A stretch of 64,000 nt of DNA from an uncultured Mycoplasmatota bacterium (GCA_947426265.1 CANEDJ010000001.1:17310-81309); one strand, 5' to 3'; shown: positions 43,642 to 53,367, counted from the stretch's first letter. Program-made: numbers and translations. Notes: a model not told the origin generated them from the letters alone.

Positions 43642-45078
43642 ATGAAAAATAAGGCAGTAGTGATTTTAAAATTTATGACAACTCTAGTGATTATTTTAAT
43701 TGGTGTTGTAATATGGTTATTTCTAAACCAGCGGGAAGAGGAGAAAAAAATTCCAGTAAAAGAGCCAGAAATCAAAGAAGAAAATTTAGATATTAATAGT
43801 GAATTGATTAAAAATCTTCCTTATCCAAATATGAATACTGGATGTAATAAAATAGATGATCTGGGAAGATATGATGAAAAACAATTGAAAATAGAAGATA
43901 TAGAACTTTCTGAAAAGATTGATACTGCATATAAAAAATTATCTACATCATCTAGTAATATTGTATCATCAGATGATATGAGACAATATGTCAAAAGTTA
44001 TTGGAGTGAAATAGAAGAATATAAAGATTTCAGTTTTTCATTTAATGATACCAATTATACATATGATGAAGAGGAGAAAACTTATCATGTTGAAGCAAGT
44101 GAAAGTACTAGTTGTGAAGAAACTAATTATATGAAGCGCTTTCAGCCGATTATTTTAACTGCAACAAAGAAAGAAAAGCAAATTATAGTAGATTATGTGC
44201 TTCTTTATTATATTGAAGACTCTAGCAATGGAAAAGAAGTTGTTTACCATATTTATCAAGATAAAGAGTTTACAATTTATCTTGAAACAGTGTCAGAAAC
44301 ACAAGAAAAGTTGAATAAAAGTGCTTCAAAATATCAAGAAAAATTAGAACATTATACTTTTGTATTTAATGAAGGACAAAGTGGAAATTATTATTTTGTA
44401 GAAGGTAATAAGAAAAATGTAGTGAATGGTCTTAAAGAAGTAGAAAATTTAGAAGAAAAACTTAAAGATGTAAACATATTAACATTAGATAATGATTGTA
44501 TTGAGTTTACAGAAGAACATATATATCAAAAGGATAAATTTTCAATAGAGAGTTTAAACACATCAGATCGTTTATTAATGGCACTTTCTTATGCATATAA
44601 AAATGAGCTTCTTGAAAAAGAGGATCAAGAAATCGATGACAAAATGGAGTATTCATTTACAAAAAAAGAAATAGAAAATATTTACAAAAATTTTTGGGGA
44701 GAAGAATTGAAATCAGAATTAGAAGAATTCGAGAAAATTAATTTTAAAGGGATTATAGATGGAGATCAATATCGTTTTATTGTGGATTTAGAAGAAAAGT
44801 TCTGTCCAACAAATAGAAAATATGTGGAAACGAAACTTGAACATGCGTATGAAAAGGAAGATACTCTTTATTTAGATTATAAAATCCGTTTTATAGATAA
44901 AAAAGGAAATCGTATGGATATTTATCAAAGCAAAGATTATAATATGCCTATAAAAAAGAACGTTGGAGCTATAAATATTTATGAAGAATATTGGGATCTA
45001 GAGTATGTTACTTATCGATATGTTTATAAGAAACAGGATGATGGAAAATATTATTTTTTAGAAGGACTTTATATTTAA
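43642..45078 (+). CDS. hypothetical membrane-anchored protein (N-terminal TM, large acidic ectodomain)
   Basis: 478 aa with N-terminal hydrophobic VVILKFMTTLVIILIGVVIWLF. No recognisable catalytic motif. Preceded by extended -10 TGaTATAAT at 43609-43617. Confidence 0.45.
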   Translation: MKNKAVVILKFMTTLVIILIGVVIWLFLNQREEEKKIPVKEPEIKEENLDINSELIKNLPYPNMNTGCNKIDDLGRYDEKQLKIEDIELSEKIDTAYKKLSTSSSNIVSSDDMRQYVKSYWSEIEEYKDFSFSFNDTNYTYDEEEKTYHVEASESTSCEETNYMKRFQPIILTATKKEKQIIVDYVLLYYIEDSSNGKEVVYHIYQDKEFTIYLETVSETQEKLNKSASKYQEKLEHYTFVFNEGQSGNYYFVEGNKKNVVNGLKEVENLEEKLKDVNILTLDNDCIEFTEEHIYQKDKFSIESLNTSDRLLMALSYAYKNELLEKEDQEIDDKMEYSFTKKEIENIYKNFWGEELKSELEEFEKINFKGIIDGDQYRFIVDLEEKFCPTNRKYVETKLEHAYEKEDTLYLDYKIRFIDKKGNRMDIYQSKDYNMPIKKNVGAINIYEEYWDLEYVTYRYVYKKQDDGKYYFLEGLYI

Positions 45079-45102
45079 GACTACTTTTGTAGTCTTTTTT
45101 TT
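45078..45102 (+). terminator. rho-independent terminator
   Basis: Stem agactac/gtagtct, loop tttt, then T8. Confidence 0.6.
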
Positions 45103-45213
45103 GAAATCTGATTAACGAATTTAAGATATTAAAAAAAATCGTAGTACCAATTTTTTGTTTTGATGATTTGCTTTTCTATTTCAATCTTGGTATAGTTTGT
45201 CTGAGGTGATTAA

Positions 45214-45738
45214 ATGAGAGAAAAAGCGGAGAAGTTTTTTTTGAGTAATGTAAAAATTTTTGAATGTTTTTTGGAATGCTTGTGGAAAACTCCAATAAAA
45301 ATAAAAGAAAGGAAATTTTATCCACAGGAAAAGTACTTTATTATTGATTTTACAATGAATGAGTTTGAAGCAATTCGCATGAAAGGTATTATTGAGCAAA
45401 AAGGAGAAGATATAACTGTAAGGTCGAAATACACATTTCATAAGAATCAAGACTTTGATCATTATGAAACTTGTTTATTTTTATCTTTTTGTTATAAATG
45501 TCCAGAAGAATTAGAGTTATGTAATCAGTATGGACTATATAAAAAGGAAGGTATGAAAGAATTAAACTCTTCATTAACTATAAATCAAATTTATAATGAT
45601 CAAAAAGATAAGAATTTATTGGGTGATAATCAAATATTTATATTTAACATGAAACGTGTAAAAGAACATTGCAGTGATAAAAAATTAGATCAACTATTAC
45701 AAGATTTTGATAAAGCTATTAAAAATATCTATTCTTGA
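45214..45738 (+). CDS. hypothetical protein (Cys/His-containing, 174 aa)
   Basis: ATG after GAGGTGA. No recognisable domain. Confidence 0.4.
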   Translation: MREKAEKFFLSNVKIFECFLECLWKTPIKIKERKFYPQEKYFIIDFTMNEFEAIRMKGIIEQKGEDITVRSKYTFHKNQDFDHYETCLFLSFCYKCPEELELCNQYGLYKKEGMKELNSSLTINQIYNDQKDKNLLGDNQIFIFNMKRVKEHCSDKKLDQLLQDFDKAIKNIYS

Positions 45739-45797
45739 TGGTGATGTCCTTTCTTGCTTTATAAAGATATTTATATTATAATTTAGTTGGTGATAAT

Positions 45798-46136
45798 ATG
45801 AACTTTAAAAATAAAGACATGTTTGGGAATCAAGTATTTAGAAAGCAAGTTAATCTTAATCAAAATCCTTCTTTACAGAATTCTGTTTCAAATTTAAAAG
45901 CAATGTCTGTAGATCCAACAAAGAAGAATGAAGTTCTTAGTTCTTTAAATCGTTTTCAAAAGCAAATGAGTTCAAATGATTATAATGAAATTTTATCGAA
46001 TGTGAAAAGTTTAAAAAGTGAAAAAGTTATTGGTGAAAATAGTCCTTTAGAATCAAAAAAAGAAATTAATGAACAAGATTATCAAAGAACAATTTCAGAT
46101 TTAAAACGATTAGAACATGAAGTGAGGTTTAAATAA
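45798..46136 (+). CDS. hypothetical protein (112 aa, Ser/Asn/Lys-rich)
   Basis: ORF with upstream GGTGA. Ends 1 nt before the next gene. Confidence 0.4.
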   Translation: MNFKNKDMFGNQVFRKQVNLNQNPSLQNSVSNLKAMSVDPTKKNEVLSSLNRFQKQMSSNDYNEILSNVKSLKSEKVIGENSPLESKKEINEQDYQRTISDLKRLEHEVRFK

Positions 46137-46137
46137 C

Positions 46138-47013
46138 ATGATGAGAATTAGTAATGAATGGAATGAATTTAAATGTTTAGATGCAGGAAATGGAGAAAAG
46201 TTGGAGAGTTGGAATGGTATTATTTTAAGACGGCCAGATCCACAAGCCATTTGGACTGTTAATAAGGATATTGATATATGGAAAAAAGTAGATGGACAGT
46301 ATTTTAGAAGTAATAAAGGTGGAGGAGAATGGAAATTTTTTAAAAAACTCCCAGAGTATTGGACTGTTACTTATAAAGGTTTAATGTTTAAGATTAGTCC
46401 TACGAATTTTAAGCATACTGGTTTATTTCCAGAACAGGCTGTAAATTGGGATTTTATGATAGATAAGATAAAAAATAGTAATCGTAAAATTAAGGTTCTC
46501 AATTTATTTGCGTATACGGGTGGAGCTACAATGGCCTGCTCAAAGGCTGGAGCAGATGTAGTTCATGTAGATGCTTCAAAAGGTATGACAGAATGGGCAA
46601 AAGAAAATATGAGATTATCAGGTTTAGAAAATAATTTTATTCGTTTTATTGTAGATGATTGTTTAAAATTTGTGGAAAGAGAATATCGTCGTGGAAACAA
46701 GTATGATGCGATTGTTATGGATCCACCTAGCTATGGCAGAGGACCAAATGGTGAAGTTTGGAAATTCGAAGATAGTATTTATACTTTGATTAATGCTTGT
46801 ATTAAAATTTTAAGTGATAAACCTTTATTTGTCTTAATTAATTCTTATACAACTGGAATATCGAGTATTGTTTTAGAAAATATATTGAAGACAACTTTAT
46901 TACCTCTTTATCCAAATGGTGAAGTAGATGCAGGAGAAGTCGGATTACCAGTAGAAAGAAATAACCTGATATTGCCTTGTGGAATATATGGAAGATGGCA
47001 AAGTAATGATTGA
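46138..47013 (+). CDS. class I SAM-dependent methyltransferase (RlmI/RlmK-like fold, YbaJ-like position)
   Basis: LNLFAYTGGATMA SAM site and DPPSYG motif IV. Confidence 0.6.
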   Translation: MMRISNEWNEFKCLDAGNGEKLESWNGIILRRPDPQAIWTVNKDIDIWKKVDGQYFRSNKGGGEWKFFKKLPEYWTVTYKGLMFKISPTNFKHTGLFPEQAVNWDFMIDKIKNSNRKIKVLNLFAYTGGATMACSKAGADVVHVDASKGMTEWAKENMRLSGLENNFIRFIVDDCLKFVEREYRRGNKYDAIVMDPPSYGRGPNGEVWKFEDSIYTLINACIKILSDKPLFVLINSYTTGISSIVLENILKTTLLPLYPNGEVDAGEVGLPVERNNLILPCGIYGRWQSND

Positions 47014-47662
47014 TATCATTTATGAAGACAACCATGTGTTGGTTGTAGAGAAGCCAGTTAATATATTAGTACAGGCAGATGATACACATGATAAAGATTT
47101 ATTATCTATTTTAAAAGAAGATATAAAAAAACGTTATCAAAAACCAGGAAATGTATACTTAGGATTGGTTCATCGATTAGATAGACCTGTAGGAGGAATT
47201 ATGGTGTTTGCGAAGACAAGCAAAGCAGCTTCGCGCTTATCCGAACAAGTAAGGAATCACCAAATTCAAAAAAAATATTATGCAATAGTAGAAGGAAATT
47301 TAGATAAAAAGCAGGGCACTTTACGTGATTATTTGAAAAAAAATGAAAAACTAAATAAAGTGTTTATCGATCGTTCTGGAAAAGAATCTATTTTAAATTA
47401 TTTAGTAGTGGATAGTAAAGAAAATTATAGTCTTGTAGATATTGATTTGAAAACGGGTAGAAGTCATCAAATAAGAGTACAATTTTCTAGTAGAAATCAT
47501 CCTCTTTATGGTGATCAGAAATATAATAAAAATAGTAAAATAGGAGAACAGATTGCACTTTATGCCTATGAATTATCATTTTATCATCCAATAACAAAAG
47601 ATAAAATGACATTTAACAAAAAACCATCTAGAACTTTTCCATGGAGTTTATTTCAGATTTAG
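47006..47662 (+). CDS. RluA-family pseudouridine synthase (no S4 domain)
   Basis: Catalytic HRLDRPVGGIMVFAKT motif. Start ambiguous among 46979, 46988 and 47006. Translationally coupled to the methyltransferase. Confidence 0.65.
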   Translation: MIDIIYEDNHVLVVEKPVNILVQADDTHDKDLLSILKEDIKKRYQKPGNVYLGLVHRLDRPVGGIMVFAKTSKAASRLSEQVRNHQIQKKYYAIVEGNLDKKQGTLRDYLKKNEKLNKVFIDRSGKESILNYLVVDSKENYSLVDIDLKTGRSHQIRVQFSSRNHPLYGDQKYNKNSKIGEQIALYAYELSFYHPITKDKMTFNKKPSRTFPWSLFQI

Positions 47663-47743
47663 AAAATAAACTCTTTTTTTATTAAAAACATATTTTATGT
47701 ATAGAATCTCTCATTATTTACATATATTTTGATAGGTGATATA

Positions 47744-48403
47744 ATGACGAAATATAAAACTGGAATGATCGTTTTATTGCTTTTATGTCTTTGTAGCTTT
47801 CATTTTGTAAAAGCAGAAGAACAACCGAAGGCATTAAAAAATAAAATTATTTATTTAGATCCAGGGCATGGAGGAGCAGATCCAGGAGCCCTTTATAAAA
47901 AAATAGAAGAACAAGCGATTAATTTAAAAATTGCCAATAAGTTAAAACAAAAACTGGAGAGTGCTGGAGTAACCGTATATCTGACACGAGATGGAGATTA
48001 TGATTTATCAGTTCCATATGCTATTAATAGAAAGCGTAGTGATCTATCAAGGAGAGCTAATATTATAAATCGTTCTAATTGCGATTTATATTTATCAATT
48101 CATTTGAATGCAGAAACATCTAGTAGTTGGCATGGGGCAGAAGCATATTATGATGATGTAAATTCTGAAAATGAGAAAATTGCTAAAATAATGCAAGATG
48201 AATTTAGGAAAAGTCTAGACTCCAAACGGAATTATAAAAAAACGGATTCTATGTATTTGCATAAGCGAATTGAACGTCCAGGAGTTCTTTTAGAAGTCGG
48301 ATTTTTGAGTAACCCTAATGATCGATATTTATTAACACAAGATTGGTATCAAGATAAAGTAGCAAATTCAATTTTAAACGGAATCATTAAATATTTTTCT
48401 TAA
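47744..48403 (+). CDS. cwlD: N-acetylmuramoyl-L-alanine amidase (Amidase_3), CwlD-like
   Basis: Signal/TM segment. IIYLDPGHGGADPGA, YLTRDGD and SIHLNA zinc-site motifs. CwlD-like length. Confidence 0.6.
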   Translation: MTKYKTGMIVLLLLCLCSFHFVKAEEQPKALKNKIIYLDPGHGGADPGALYKKIEEQAINLKIANKLKQKLESAGVTVYLTRDGDYDLSVPYAINRKRSDLSRRANIINRSNCDLYLSIHLNAETSSSWHGAEAYYDDVNSENEKIAKIMQDEFRKSLDSKRNYKKTDSMYLHKRIERPGVLLEVGFLSNPNDRYLLTQDWYQDKVANSILNGIIKYFS

Positions 48404-48595
48404 ATTAAAGATATATGTAAGTGATTATTAAAAAATGTATTATTAATATTTAGTTTTTCTAATTACTTTTTTCTTTTATAAAAACTGAAATTTTGATGTA
48501 TAAAAATCATAAAAAAAGCAATTATAATAAGAGGAAAATTTTAGAAAATCACACGAAAATACCATAAAAAAAACATATTTATTTCATAAATAGTA

Positions 48596-48604
48596 TGATA
48601 TAAT
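48596..48604 (+). promoter_or_regulatory. extended -10 TGaTATAAT upstream of Abi gene
   Basis: TG at 48596-48597 and TATAAT at 48599-48604, 17 nt upstream of the RBS. Confidence 0.35.
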
Positions 48605-48621
48605 GAATACTAGGTGGTAAT

Positions 48622-49554
48622 ATGGGCGGCAAGATATTTAAAACCTTAGATGAACAAATAGAAATCTTAAAATCAAAAGGGTTGATAGTTGAAGACTTAG
48701 ATAAAGCAAAAGAGATTTTATTCCGTGAAAATTACTTTTTTATTAGTGGATATAGACACCTGTTTATGCGCACAGTGAAAGAAAGTAGATTTATTGAAGG
48801 AACGACTTTTGATGAGCTTTATGCAATGTTTTTGTTTGACAGAAAAATACGAAATATTATGTTCAAATATTTATTAATAATTGAAAATAATATCAAATCA
48901 ATCATCAGTTACACTTTGTCAAAAAAATATGGTTTTAAAGAAAAAGATTATTTGGACCCTAAAAATTTTACGCAAGATAATTTAAGAGTGAGACAAGTAC
49001 ATGATGTTCTAAATAAAATGAAAAGGCAAATAAGAGTAAATGGAAAACAACATGCTGCTACTATGCATTACCTTAGCAATTATGGTTATATACCAATGTG
49101 GATTTTAGTAAAAGTATTGTCATTTGGAATTGTTTCTGAATTATATTGTATACTAAAAGCAGAAGATCAAGAAACAATAGCAGATATATATGGTATTGAT
49201 ATTGAATCTTTAACGATATATTTAGCTCTTCTTTCAAATTTTAGAAATTTATGTGCTCATGAAGATATTTTATATGACCATAGGACCCAAAGAGTAATTC
49301 CAGATAATAAGTATCATCATATGTTAGATATCAGTCAAACAAAAGATGAATATGATTTTGGAAAAAATGATCTATATGCGCTTATTATTATCATGAAGCA
49401 AATGCTTAGAGAAGAAGAATTTCGAGAATTGATATATGAATTAGGTTATGAAATTGATATACTAGATGGTAAAGTAGAAGTATTACCATTAAACACAATT
49501 TTAAATAAAATAGGTTTTCCAGATAATTGGAGAGATATTGTTGATATGGATTAA
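48622..49554 (+). CDS. Abi_2 family abortive-infection protein (AbiD/AbiF-like)
   Basis: N-terminal LDEQIEILKSKGLIVED...YFFISGYRHLF characteristic of Abi_2. About 310 aa. Confidence 0.65.
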   Translation: MGGKIFKTLDEQIEILKSKGLIVEDLDKAKEILFRENYFFISGYRHLFMRTVKESRFIEGTTFDELYAMFLFDRKIRNIMFKYLLIIENNIKSIISYTLSKKYGFKEKDYLDPKNFTQDNLRVRQVHDVLNKMKRQIRVNGKQHAATMHYLSNYGYIPMWILVKVLSFGIVSELYCILKAEDQETIADIYGIDIESLTIYLALLSNFRNLCAHEDILYDHRTQRVIPDNKYHHMLDISQTKDEYDFGKNDLYALIIIMKQMLREEEFRELIYELGYEIDILDGKVEVLPLNTILNKIGFPDNWRDIVDMD

Positions 49555-49563
49555 GGAGGAAAA

Positions 49564-50652
49564 ATGAAGCAAAAAATAATTTATATAGTTACCATTATAT
49601 TGTCAATTTTTATAGGTGTTTCTGGAACTTTAGTAACCATTCGATTTTTTCCTGTAAAAACTGAAACAATAGAAAAGTCTGTAAAAACAGTTTCGATTAC
49701 AGAAGCAGATTCAATAAAAGAAGCTGTTTATAAAATTTATGATGCAGTAGTAGTGGTAGAGTCTTATAGAAATGGAAGGCAGACAGGAAGTGGTAGTGGC
49801 TTTATTTATAAGAAAAGTGATCAGGAAGGATTTGTTATAACAAATCATCATGTGATAGAGGGAGCGACTTCTATAAAGGTTGTTAATATGGAGGGAGAAA
49901 CTGTAGATGCAAAGGTTTTAGGAAGTGATGAGTATGCAGATATAGCAGTTCTTTCTATGAATATTAGCGGAGTTTTGGCTGTTGCAGAAATTGGAGAAAG
50001 TAGTAAATTAGAGTTAGGAGATACGTTATTTACAGTTGGAACACCAGTTGGAAATGCTTATAGAGGAACGGTTACAAAAGGAATCTTATCTGGAAAAGAT
50101 AGAACTGTTTCAGTTGAATCTTCAAGTGGGAATGGTAGTTATATGATGTCAGTATTGCAGACTGATGCAGCAATAAATCCAGGTAATAGTGGGGGACCAC
50201 TGGTAAATATTAATGGAGAAGTAATTGGTGTAAATTCTTTAAAATTAGTAGAAGATGAGATTGAAGGCATGGGTTTTGCAATTCCAATTGAATTGGTAAT
50301 GGCTTCTGTCGAAAAATTAGAGAAGGGCGAAAAAATTGAACGTCCAGTAGTTGGTGTCAGTTTACTTGATGTAAGTAATTCTTATGCATTATATAGAAAT
50401 AAAATTACATTACATAAAAGTATTACATATGGAGCTGTCATTGTAAATGTAGAAGCAAATTCGGTAGCAGAAAAGGCTGGGTTGCAACAAGGTGACGTTA
50501 TTTTAAAAGTAAATGATGATAAAATTGAAGATGTTGCACATTTTAGGTATAATTTGTATAAATATAGCATTGGGGATAAAATAAAAGTAATTTATAACAG
50601 AAATGGAGAGGAAAAGGAAACTACCTTGACATTAAATCAAAAAGCAGAGTAA
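49564..50652 (+). CDS. htrA: HtrA/DegP-family serine protease with N-terminal TM anchor and C-terminal PDZ
   Basis: Catalytic triad context HHV, GNSGGPLVN, and a PDZ GAVIVNVEANSVAEKAGLQQGD. Starts 10 nt after the Abi stop. Confidence 0.8.
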   Translation: MKQKIIYIVTIILSIFIGVSGTLVTIRFFPVKTETIEKSVKTVSITEADSIKEAVYKIYDAVVVVESYRNGRQTGSGSGFIYKKSDQEGFVITNHHVIEGATSIKVVNMEGETVDAKVLGSDEYADIAVLSMNISGVLAVAEIGESSKLELGDTLFTVGTPVGNAYRGTVTKGILSGKDRTVSVESSSGNGSYMMSVLQTDAAINPGNSGGPLVNINGEVIGVNSLKLVEDEIEGMGFAIPIELVMASVEKLEKGEKIERPVVGVSLLDVSNSYALYRNKITLHKSITYGAVIVNVEANSVAEKAGLQQGDVILKVNDDKIEDVAHFRYNLYKYSIGDKIKVIYNRNGEEKETTLTLNQKAE

Positions 50653-50728
50653 AAGCTCTGCTTTTTAGATTTACTTCTTTTTACTTTTTTGTTATAATAA
50701 AAATAATAATAGAGGATTGGTGAAATTC

Positions 50729-52498
50729 ATGGAGCGAGAGGATTATTTAAAAGAACAGATAGAAACTTATATTGATCGTTTAGACTTATTAGGCATGCAA
50801 GAAGCGATCGATCAAAAGCGTGTTAAAGAAGCTGTTGATGAACTAGAAAAGTTAGCTACTGAATATATAAGTTTATTAGATGAAAGACTTGAAAGTCAAA
50901 TTCAAGGAATAGAAAAGAGATTTGTAGTTACTTTAGAAGAAGAATTAGAAAAAAGAAAACAAATTTGCGATGTTGTAAATAAAAGATTTGAAGAAATTGT
51001 ATCAATATTTTCAGATATAGAGAAAATAAGCGTTGCATCAGACCTTTGGTCACATATTAGTACTGTGATAGAAGCTTCAAAAAAACAAGTCCATGAATAT
51101 GAGAGCGATATTAAGTTAGTTGAAGAACAATTCATAAAAATAAATCAAGCAGAAAAAAAAGAAGCTAGTTTGAATGAAAATCGTAGAAAAGCTTATTTGA
51201 AGAAAACAGATTTAAGAAATAGACAAGTATCATTTGAATTTTTAAATGATGAAATTTTAGAAGTCTATCGTTCACTTTTAATTGAAGGAAATGCAGAGCA
51301 ATTAGATTTTTCAAATATACAAGCCAAAGAAAAGGCATTAAAAAAGCGTCAAAATCAATTGTTAGAAAATTTAGAGTTAGCACGTAATACCAAAGATGCT
51401 GAGGGTTATATAAAAGTTTATGAGGGACGTGTCAGAGAAAATCGATTAGAACTAGATAAAGTATCAGAGCAAACTTTTCTTCATTTGTTAAGAAGGATAA
51501 TGGATGCTCCAGTAGATAGCTATGAATCCTTAGCAAGTAGGACAAAAACAGTACAAGGAATGGTAAAATCTAGAATTTCTCAAGTAGAGCAATTGTATCA
51601 AGAAGGAATAGTGGAAAAGGAAGAATATACGACTCTAGCTTCAAGGATTGATCATAGTAGAATATATAGTCAATTGTCAGATTTGAAAGAATTAGACAGA
51701 AATGAAGCCTTTATAAGTTCAACTGAAGAACAATTAGAGCATACAAGAGATCATATAAAAGGAAAAGAAGAACTAGAATTAATATTTGCAGAACGTGCTA
51801 AGGAAAGAGGAAGAGTTGCAATTGTACCAGAGCCAATAGATCAGCCATCTTTATTAGATAATGGCGGAGAGGCAGAAATATTATTTGCAGATGAAGATGG
51901 ATTTGATGGTTATGAAGACTTAACCTCAAAACAAGTAAAGAAAGATAAAAAAAGAAGACGCCAAGTAATATCTATTGAGCCTGCAAAGAAAAGTTTATTG
52001 GAAAAATTGGGAAAAGCAATTGGAAATATTTCAAAAGGAATAAAAGACAAAATTATAGAATTGACGAAAAAGCCTACTAAGTATAATCCAGTAATAGGAG
52101 ACCAGATTGAGTTAAAAGAAAATGCAGCTATTTATGCTAATCCTTTAGATCTACCAGAAAAGAAAGATAAAAAAGAAGCAAAAGAATTAGGTTTAACTGG
52201 AACTAAATTATTTGTAGCAAGAGGTGTAATTTTAGATTATACGGGGACTCCGATTCATATTACAACAGATTATGGAGCAGATTTAGAAGCAATAGCTAAA
52301 AATATGAACTTAAAAGAGGGAACATATAGTATCGCTTTAAGCTGTTCACTAGGAGATTCAGAAGGAAAATTTATTGCTTTAACTGATGATAAATTAAATC
52401 CAGATATTGAAAAAGGCTGGATTAGCGCAGTGGATATGAATATAATCATTCTAAATTCATTAAGTGCCGCAAAGGAAAAGGGAGGAATGAAAAAATGA
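50729..52498 (+). CDS. hypothetical long coiled-coil protein with globular C-terminal domain
   Basis: About 590 aa. The first 330 aa have heptad-like Glu/Lys/Leu periodicity. Basic KKDKKRRRQ patch. No TM. Confidence 0.45.
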   Translation: MEREDYLKEQIETYIDRLDLLGMQEAIDQKRVKEAVDELEKLATEYISLLDERLESQIQGIEKRFVVTLEEELEKRKQICDVVNKRFEEIVSIFSDIEKISVASDLWSHISTVIEASKKQVHEYESDIKLVEEQFIKINQAEKKEASLNENRRKAYLKKTDLRNRQVSFEFLNDEILEVYRSLLIEGNAEQLDFSNIQAKEKALKKRQNQLLENLELARNTKDAEGYIKVYEGRVRENRLELDKVSEQTFLHLLRRIMDAPVDSYESLASRTKTVQGMVKSRISQVEQLYQEGIVEKEEYTTLASRIDHSRIYSQLSDLKELDRNEAFISSTEEQLEHTRDHIKGKEELELIFAERAKERGRVAIVPEPIDQPSLLDNGGEAEILFADEDGFDGYEDLTSKQVKKDKKRRRQVISIEPAKKSLLEKLGKAIGNISKGIKDKIIELTKKPTKYNPVIGDQIELKENAAIYANPLDLPEKKDKKEAKELGLTGTKLFVARGVILDYTGTPIHITTDYGADLEAIAKNMNLKEGTYSIALSCSLGDSEGKFIALTDDKLNPDIEKGWISAVDMNIIILNSLSAAKEKGGMKK

Positions 52499-52755
52499 TG
52501 AATATTGAACTTCATACCGTTCTAACCTTAGATGATAATGAGAAATATATTGTAGTTGCAAGAGCCGAACATGATGGAAATGCATATGATTATTTACTTC
52601 AGTTATCTGCAGATGGGGAAGATGTAACAGAGCAGGTGGCTGTAGTAAAAGAGGAAAAAGAAGATAATCGTTTATATATTGTAGAAGTAAATGACAAAAA
52701 TGAATTAGATAAATTAGCACCTTTATTTTGCAAGCAATTAGAAGAATTACAATAA
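52495..52755 (+). CDS. DUF1292-family small acidic protein
   Basis: 86 aa with VLTLDDNEKYIVV...YDYLLQL pattern. 4-nt overlap with the upstream gene. Confidence 0.5.
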   Translation: MMNIELHTVLTLDDNEKYIVVARAEHDGNAYDYLLQLSADGEDVTEQVAVVKEEKEDNRLYIVEVNDKNELDKLAPLFCKQLEELQ

Positions 52756-52788
52756 AAAACCTTTAGTAAAAAGTCTAAAGGTTTTTCT
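52755..52788. terminator. bidirectional terminator between convergent genes
   Basis: 12-bp stem aaaaacctttag/ctaaaggttttt with 8-nt loop. Confidence 0.6.
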
Positions 52789-53215
52789 AATATATTTCAT
52801 GACAAGTACCTGCAGCGGGTCTATAAAAGCAATGATTTTTATATCTTCCAGCATTTTCTTGATCCCACCAAGTTGCTTTACAAGCAGCTCCACTACTTGG
52901 TGCGTAAAACCAAAGGGCGTGTGTTGCAGGATGATAGTATTCTCCTTTTAAAACTCTATCTGCTAAATTTTTCTCTTGAGTTGTTGGATTACTAAAAAAC
53001 AAGGGACTATTTTTTCCTTCAAAGCCGCCTGGAGTTTGATAAATCATTTTTGATATGGTTGTGATATCTTTAAAAGTAAGGCAATTGCCCAAGACCCTAT
53101 TTACACCAACATTTCCTACCATAAGCATTCCCAGATTACCTTCGCCAACTGCTTCAGCACGCATGAGCCTTGCGAGTAAATCTCTTTCTTTTGTAGTATA
53201 TTTTATTACTCCCAT
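52787..53215 (-). CDS. cwlJ: cell wall hydrolase, SleB/CwlJ family (Hydrolase_2)
   Basis: 142 aa (CwlJ length). LLARLMRAEAVGEG and GAACKATWWD motifs of spore cortex-lytic enzymes. Confidence 0.7.
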   Translation of the reverse strand: MGVIKYTTKERDLLARLMRAEAVGEGNLGMLMVGNVGVNRVLGNCLTFKDITTISKMIYQTPGGFEGKNSPLFFSNPTTQEKNLADRVLKGEYYHPATHALWFYAPSSGAACKATWWDQENAGRYKNHCFYRPAAGTCHEIY

Positions 53216-53320
53216 ATAATCACCTAATTTACTATATGCTTTCTTTACATAATATCTACAATTGTATCTGTATTTTGCAAAAATATTACCTATAATTGTT
53301 ATGAATTTATAAGATGATTC

Positions 53321-53349
53321 TTGTACTTTGTAATAATTTATGATATACT
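53321..53349 (+). promoter_or_regulatory. promoter for tRNA-Trp
   Basis: -35 TTGTAC at 53321-53326, 17-nt spacer, then extended -10 TGaTATACT at 53341-53349. tRNA begins 19 nt downstream. Confidence 0.5.
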
Positions 53350-53367
53350 TTATTTGTATTTTGATTT

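Noticed and set aside
49564-50652. HtrA-like protease as the effector of a phage-defence system
   Set aside because: Its architecture (TM, protease, PDZ) is that of the housekeeping HtrA/YyxA. The defence role is kept only as a low-confidence hypothesis pending neighbourhood conservation.
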